Shown here: positions 7,011 through 10,664 of the stretch, in pieces
How positions within the stretch are numbered: the first letter of the stretch is position 1
Layout of the letters: each line of letters opens with the position of its first letter
From: Candidatus Krumholzibacteriia bacterium
Lineage (GTDB): Bacteria; Krumholzibacteriota; Krumholzibacteriia; LZORAL124-64-63
Length of the DNA: 10,664 nt
Assembly: GCA_036351155.1 (NCBI GenBank)
Contig: JAZBOO010000166.1
Span: 1 to 10,664, forward strand
Reading direction: 5' to 3'
Program-made: the position numbers and the translations under genes
The notes under the pieces: model-generated
Told to the model about the DNA's origin: nothing
What the model saw: only the letters and a program-made list of their open reading frames with translations
Database searches by the model: none

Positions 7011-7070
7011 TTAGCTAGGCCAGATTTCTTCAAGGTTCGTACTGTGGATTCTTCCAACCCGCTGGAAAAC
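7011..7070. repeat. Intergenic 60-bp direct repeat, copy 2
   Basis: TTAGCTAGGCCAGATTTCTTCAAGGTTCGTACTGTGGATTCTTCCAACCCGCTGGAAAAC; 46/60 identical to 5271-5330 at offset 1740. Confidence 0.8.
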
Positions 7071-7181
7071 GCCCCACCCCACATTCCCATTTTCCCGCGC
7101 CGCCCTTCAGGTACTACCTTTCTGACATCTGAATATCAAAAAACCAGAGTGCTTCACCATGATTTCCCCGAGGAGCGGACC

Positions 7182-9872
7182 GTGAACGTGCACAACCTGG
7201 GCAAGTTGCTCAACCCTCATCGTATCGCCCTGGTGGGCGTGACCATCAACCCCAACAGCGTGGGCGGCAAGGTGCTGTCGAACCTGGTGGGCGGAGGGTT
7301 CAAGGGCGTGGTGTACCCGGTCAATCCGGACGCGGAGGCCATCCGGGGAGTGCCCTGCTATCCCGATCTGGCCAGCCTGCCCAAGGTGCCCGACCTGGCC
7401 ATCATCTGCACGGCGGCCGACCAGGTTCCCGACCTGGTGGCGCAGTGTGGTGAGCGGGGGATCCAGGGCGTGATCATCATGTCCGCCGGGTTCAAGGAGG
7501 TGGGTCCGGAGGGCGCGGCGCTGGAAAAGCAGGTCCAGGAGACGGTGGCCCGCCACAAGGGGATGCGGGTGCTGGGGCCCAACTGCCTGGGGATCATCGT
7601 GCCGGGGATCAGCCTGAACGCCAGCTTCGGCGAGGGGATGCCCCGTCAGGGCAAGGTGGCCTTCATTTCCCAGTCGGGGGCGCTGTGCACGTCCATCCTG
7701 GACTGGGCCCTGGAGGAGAAGATCGGTTTTTCGCACTTCGTATCGGTGGGCAACATGCTGGACGTGGATTTTGCCGATCTGATCGACTATCTGGGCGAAG
7801 ATGAGCAGACCGAGTCGATCATCCTCTACGTGGAGTCCATTGCCCAGGCCCGGAAGTTCATGGTGGCGGCCAGGGCCTTCGCGCGCACCAAGCCCATCCT
7901 GGTTTACAAGGCGGGGCGCTTTCCCGAATCGGCGGCGGTGGCAGCTTCTCACACCGGGGCCATGGCCTCGGAGGACAGCATCTACGACGCCGTGTTTCAG
8001 CGGACCGGCATGGCCCGGGTGCTGAACATCGGGGAGATCTTCGATTGTGCCGAGCTGATCGGGCGCAACAAGACGCCGCGTGGGCCCCGCCTGGGCATCG
8101 TCACCAATGCCGGTGGACCCGGCGTCATGGCCACCGATGCGCTGATGGCGCAGGGGGGAGTGCTGGCCAAGCTGGCGGACGATTCCCTGGAACAGCTGAA
8201 CACCATCTTGCCGCCGTTCTGGTCGCACGGGAATCCGGTCGATGTCCTGGGCGATGCCCCGGCCAAGCGTTTCGCCAAGGCCACCGAGGTGGTGGTCAAG
8301 GACAAGGGGGTGGACGCGGTGCTGGTCATCCTCACGCCTCAAGCCATGACCAAGCCGGCATCGGTGGCCCGGGCCGTGGCCAAGATTGCCGGCGAGACCA
8401 AGAAGCCCATCCTGGCGGCCTGGCTGGGGGGCGAACGGGTGCGCGAGGGGGCCCAGATTCTGGTGGACGCGGGGGTGGCGACCTACCGCACACCCGAGCA
8501 GGGGGTGGGGGCCTTCATGACCCTGGTCAACTATGCCCGGAACTTGCAGAACCTGTACGAAACGCCCCGGGACATTCCGGTCAAATTCGCGCTCGATCGC
8601 TCCGCCATGCGGGAGAAGGTGGCGACTTATATTGCCCAGGGGAAAACGATTCTCTCCGAGGAACATTCCAAGGAGCTGTTGAGCCTGTACGGGATTCCGG
8701 TGACGGCCCCCTTGCCCGCCGAGTCGGCCGACGAGGCTGTCGCCAGAGCCGACCGGATGGGCTACCCGGTGGTGCTCAAGGTCTGGTCCGATGACATCAC
8801 CCACAAGAGTGACGTGGGCGGAGTCAAGCTGGGACTGGAGGATGCGGGGCAGGTGCGCGAAGCGTTCCAGCAAATCGCAGCTTCGGTGGCCCAGGCGTGT
8901 CCCGAGGCCAAGCTCTCAGGGGTCACCGTGCAGCCGATGGTCAAGGTGGCTGGCGGTCTGGAGATGATCCTGGGCGTGAAGAAGGACCCGGTGTTCGGCA
9001 GCGTGATCATGGTGGGCGGCGGCGGCGTCGAGGCCGAGCTGTGGGGCGATCACGCCCTGGGTTTCCCCCCCTTGAACGAGCGTCTTGTGGGGCGCATGCT
9101 GGAGTCGCTGAAAATCTGGCCCTTGCTGAACGGCTATCGTGGCCGGCCGCCCCTGGACAAGGATGCGTTGATCGAGGCCATCATGCGGCTTTCCTACCTG
9201 ACGGCCGACAACCCGGAGATCCAGGAACTGGATATCAACCCGCTGGTGGTGGGTCCCGACCGCCTGATGGCCCTGGATGCCCGGGTGGTGATCCAGCCCA
9301 TCGCCCAGGAGGCCAAGCCCTACGCGCATCTGGCCCTGCGTCCCTATCCCGAGGAGTATGTGTCTCAGGGCACACTCAACGACGGCACCGCAGTGCGGCT
9401 GCGTCCCATCCGCCCCGAAGACGAACCCCTGTGGCTGGAGATGCTGGGCCGCTGCTCCAAGGAGTCCATCTACAACCGCTTCCGCTTCTTCTTCAACTGG
9501 TCCACTCATGAAGTGGCCACGCGTTACTGCTACATCGATTACGACCGTGAAATGGCCATCGTGGCCGAGGTGGAACTGGAGGGCCGGCGGGCCCTGGTCG
9601 GGGTGGGACGCCTGGTGGCCGATCCGGAGGTGGAGTCGGCCGAGTACGCCGTTCTGGTCACCGACCAGTGGCAAAACCGGGGGCTGGGTGGGTTGCTCAC
9701 CGACACCTGCATGGCCATTGCCGAGGACTGGGGCATCAAGAAGGTGTACGCCCAGACGACCAGCGACAATCCCCGGATGGTTCATGTTTTCAAGGACCGG
9801 AATTTCCAGGTGGACCACCCTGCCGGCGGTTCGGTGGTGGATGTGGAAAAGGAGCTGGGGCCCACACCGTAG
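7182..9872 (+). CDS. pat: Bifunctional NDP-forming acyl-CoA synthetase-like / GNAT protein (Pat/YfiQ/Pka protein lysine acetyltransferase family), 896 aa
   Basis: AGGAG SD 7171-7175 before GTG 7182. CoA-binding domain (IALVG..YPVNP..GFKE..GPNCLG). SQSGA, SHTGA, TNAGGPG and NPVDVLGDA motifs. ATP-grasp (GYPVVLK..HKSDVGGV..ELDINPL). C-terminal GNAT (LRPIRPED..AEYAVLVTDQWQNRGLG). Stop TAG. Confidence 0.95.
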   Translation: MNVHNLGKLLNPHRIALVGVTINPNSVGGKVLSNLVGGGFKGVVYPVNPDAEAIRGVPCYPDLASLPKVPDLAIICTAADQVPDLVAQCGERGIQGVIIMSAGFKEVGPEGAALEKQVQETVARHKGMRVLGPNCLGIIVPGISLNASFGEGMPRQGKVAFISQSGALCTSILDWALEEKIGFSHFVSVGNMLDVDFADLIDYLGEDEQTESIILYVESIAQARKFMVAARAFARTKPILVYKAGRFPESAAVAASHTGAMASEDSIYDAVFQRTGMARVLNIGEIFDCAELIGRNKTPRGPRLGIVTNAGGPGVMATDALMAQGGVLAKLADDSLEQLNTILPPFWSHGNPVDVLGDAPAKRFAKATEVVVKDKGVDAVLVILTPQAMTKPASVARAVAKIAGETKKPILAAWLGGERVREGAQILVDAGVATYRTPEQGVGAFMTLVNYARNLQNLYETPRDIPVKFALDRSAMREKVATYIAQGKTILSEEHSKELLSLYGIPVTAPLPAESADEAVARADRMGYPVVLKVWSDDITHKSDVGGVKLGLEDAGQVREAFQQIAASVAQACPEAKLSGVTVQPMVKVAGGLEMILGVKKDPVFGSVIMVGGGGVEAELWGDHALGFPPLNERLVGRMLESLKIWPLLNGYRGRPPLDKDALIEAIMRLSYLTADNPEIQELDINPLVVGPDRLMALDARVVIQPIAQEAKPYAHLALRPYPEEYVSQGTLNDGTAVRLRPIRPEDEPLWLEMLGRCSKESIYNRFRFFFNWSTHEVATRYCYIDYDREMAIVAEVELEGRRALVGVGRLVADPEVESAEYAVLVTDQWQNRGLGGLLTDTCMAIAEDWGIKKVYAQTTSDNPRMVHVFKDRNFQVDHPAGGSVVDVEKELGPTP

Positions 9873-9886
9873 CAGCAATGCCACGG

Positions 9887-9902
9887 TGTGTTCGAGGGTA
9901 CA
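9887..9902 (+). promoter_or_regulatory. Candidate upstream activator sequence TGT-N10-ACA for a sigma54 enhancer-binding protein
   Basis: TGT gttcgagggt ACA at about -142 to -127 relative to the start site implied by the -24/-12 element. Confidence 0.3.
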
Positions 9903-9904
9903 AG

Positions 9905-9939
9905 GCGGACCCGCTACGAAGCGGGTCCGTTATATTTTT
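9905..9939 (+). terminator. Rho-independent terminator of pat
   Basis: Stem GCGGACCCGCT, loop ACGA, stem AGCGGGTCCGT, then TATATTTTT; starts about 30 nt after the TAG. Confidence 0.85.
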
Positions 9940-9951
9940 AACCAATCTCTT

Positions 9952-9976
9952 TAAATTGTTTATAATCAATAGGTTA
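9952..9976. promoter_or_regulatory. IHF-like binding site within an AT-rich imperfect palindrome
   Basis: AATCAATAGGTTA (9964-9976) matches WATCAANNNNTTR exactly. The minus strand has an inverted one-mismatch copy, TATAAACAATTTA (9952-9964). Confidence 0.55.
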
Positions 9977-10002
9977 AAAATGTTCACCCCTGCGCCCGAA
10001 TG

Positions 10003-10018
10003 TGGAACACCTTCTGCA
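10003..10018 (+). promoter_or_regulatory. Putative sigma54 (-24/-12) promoter
   Basis: TGGAACACCTTCTGCA: GG(10004-10005)-N10-GC(10016-10017), two mismatches to TGGCAC-N5-TTGCW. Confidence 0.55.
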
Positions 10019-10109
10019 ATGCTTTGTCCGAGATTCTATAACTATTGAGCTCCTCGAACTTCCCCGGGAACAGGAAGGATCAGCCTTTTGGCGGACCACC
10101 TTCCCGGAT

Positions 10110-10553
10110 ATGGACAACATGGAAATGGCCAGGCTGGGGGCCCACTCTTTTTCTGATCCGGGGTACCGGTTACGTCTCTTGCTTCACCTGGTGGGCTGGC
10201 ACTCGGCGCTGGTGGGGGTGGGGCTGATCTGTCGACCGGCTCTCCTTTTTGCCGACCTGGGTTTTGCTCCCTTGAGTGAGCCGTTTTTTCCCGTTCAGGG
10301 CGGGGTGTTCCATGTGGTGATGGCCGTGGGGTACTTCATGGCCGCCCGGGACCTGGAGCAGAACCGTTCCCTGGTGGTCTTCGCCATCGTGGTCAAAGCC
10401 CTGGCCACCGTTTTCCTGTTGACCTACTGGCTGCTGGTCTCTCGCCTGCCGCTGGTGCTGGCATCGGGTCTCGGGGACGGAGCCATGGGCCTGTTGCTCG
10501 CTCTTGGGTACCGGACATGGCGGCAGGGCCACATCAAGGGAGGGGCGCGATGA
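10110..10553 (+). CDS. Hypothetical integral membrane protein, about 4 TM; start could be ATG 10110, 10119 or 10125
   Basis: Four hydrophobic stretches (LLLHLVGWHSALVGVGLI; GVFHVVMAVGYFMAA; LVVFAIVVKALATVFLLTYWLLV; LVLASGLGDGAMGLLLALGY). ATGA overlap with the next gene. Confidence 0.75.
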   Translation: MDNMEMARLGAHSFSDPGYRLRLLLHLVGWHSALVGVGLICRPALLFADLGFAPLSEPFFPVQGGVFHVVMAVGYFMAARDLEQNRSLVVFAIVVKALATVFLLTYWLLVSRLPLVLASGLGDGAMGLLLALGYRTWRQGHIKGGAR

Positions 10554-10664
10554 AAGAATCCCTGCCCGGTCTCGTGGTCACGGGCGCTTCCGGGTTCGTG
10601 GGCCGTCATTTTCTGGCCAGTGCCGCCGGAAAGTACCGCCTGTTCTGTCTGGCCCGGCGGTCCC
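10550..10664 (+). CDS. NAD(P)-dependent epimerase/dehydratase (extended SDR), 3'-partial
   Basis: GGAGG SD 10539-10543 and ATGA coupling. MKESLPGLVVTGASGFVGRHFLASAAGKYRLFCLARRS contains the TGxxGxxG Rossmann motif. Not in the ORF track. Confidence 0.85.
   Translation, partial: MKESLPGLVVTGASGFVGRHFLASAAGKYRLFCLARRS

Noticed and set aside
4599..7020. Integron cassette array (tandem small genes, GTTGGGC near 4628, GTTAGCT at 7010)
   Set aside because: No matching RYYYAAC inverse core or attC-like long imperfect palindrome after the stops, and no integrase in the window.
5271..7070. 60-bp repeats as CRISPR repeats, IS ends or a duplicated peptide
   Set aside because: Only two direct copies 1740 bp apart, no cas or transposase gene, and mismatches lack codon periodicity.
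6948..7181. N-terminal extension of pat from the ORF track (likewise track starts 3708, 4568, 5322 and 10002)
   Set aside because: The extensions overlap neighbouring genes, repeats or promoter elements. Downstream starts fit SDs and domain or signal-peptide boundaries better.
7107..9884. Long minus-strand ORFs (588 aa, 322 aa) and alternative-frame ORFs inside pat
   Set aside because: Shadow ORFs of a high-GC3 gene with no recognisable motifs; they overlap a well-supported CDS.

Overview
GC-rich bacterial window with no mobile-element genes, rRNA, tRNA or CRISPR array. In order it holds: a 5'-truncated Hanks-type Ser/Thr kinase with a TM helix and TolB/PD40 propeller (+); a convergently overlapping exported 6-bladed beta-propeller protein (-); three tandem, mutually dissimilar signal-peptide proteins (+); a TonB-C-domain lipoprotein and a membrane bacterial-PH-domain gene broken by an in-frame TAA (-); a Pat/YfiQ-type acyl-CoA ligase-like/GNAT fusion with an intrinsic terminator (+); and a membrane protein plus NAD-dependent epimerase operon behind a candidate sigma54/IHF/UAS promoter (+). 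The strongest signal is a 16-residue C-terminal motif, [LV]x[AV][DE]xx[ST][WF][GD]x[LM]K[AS][VIL][FY][RK], shared by the three exported proteins, which is a candidate protein-sorting signal. The second is a 60-bp non-coding direct repeat (5271-5330 and 7011-7070, 46/60 identical) that carries a hairpin. Gene content recalls FCB-group candidate phyla such as Krumholzibacteriota/Latescibacterota, but this is recollection and not verified.
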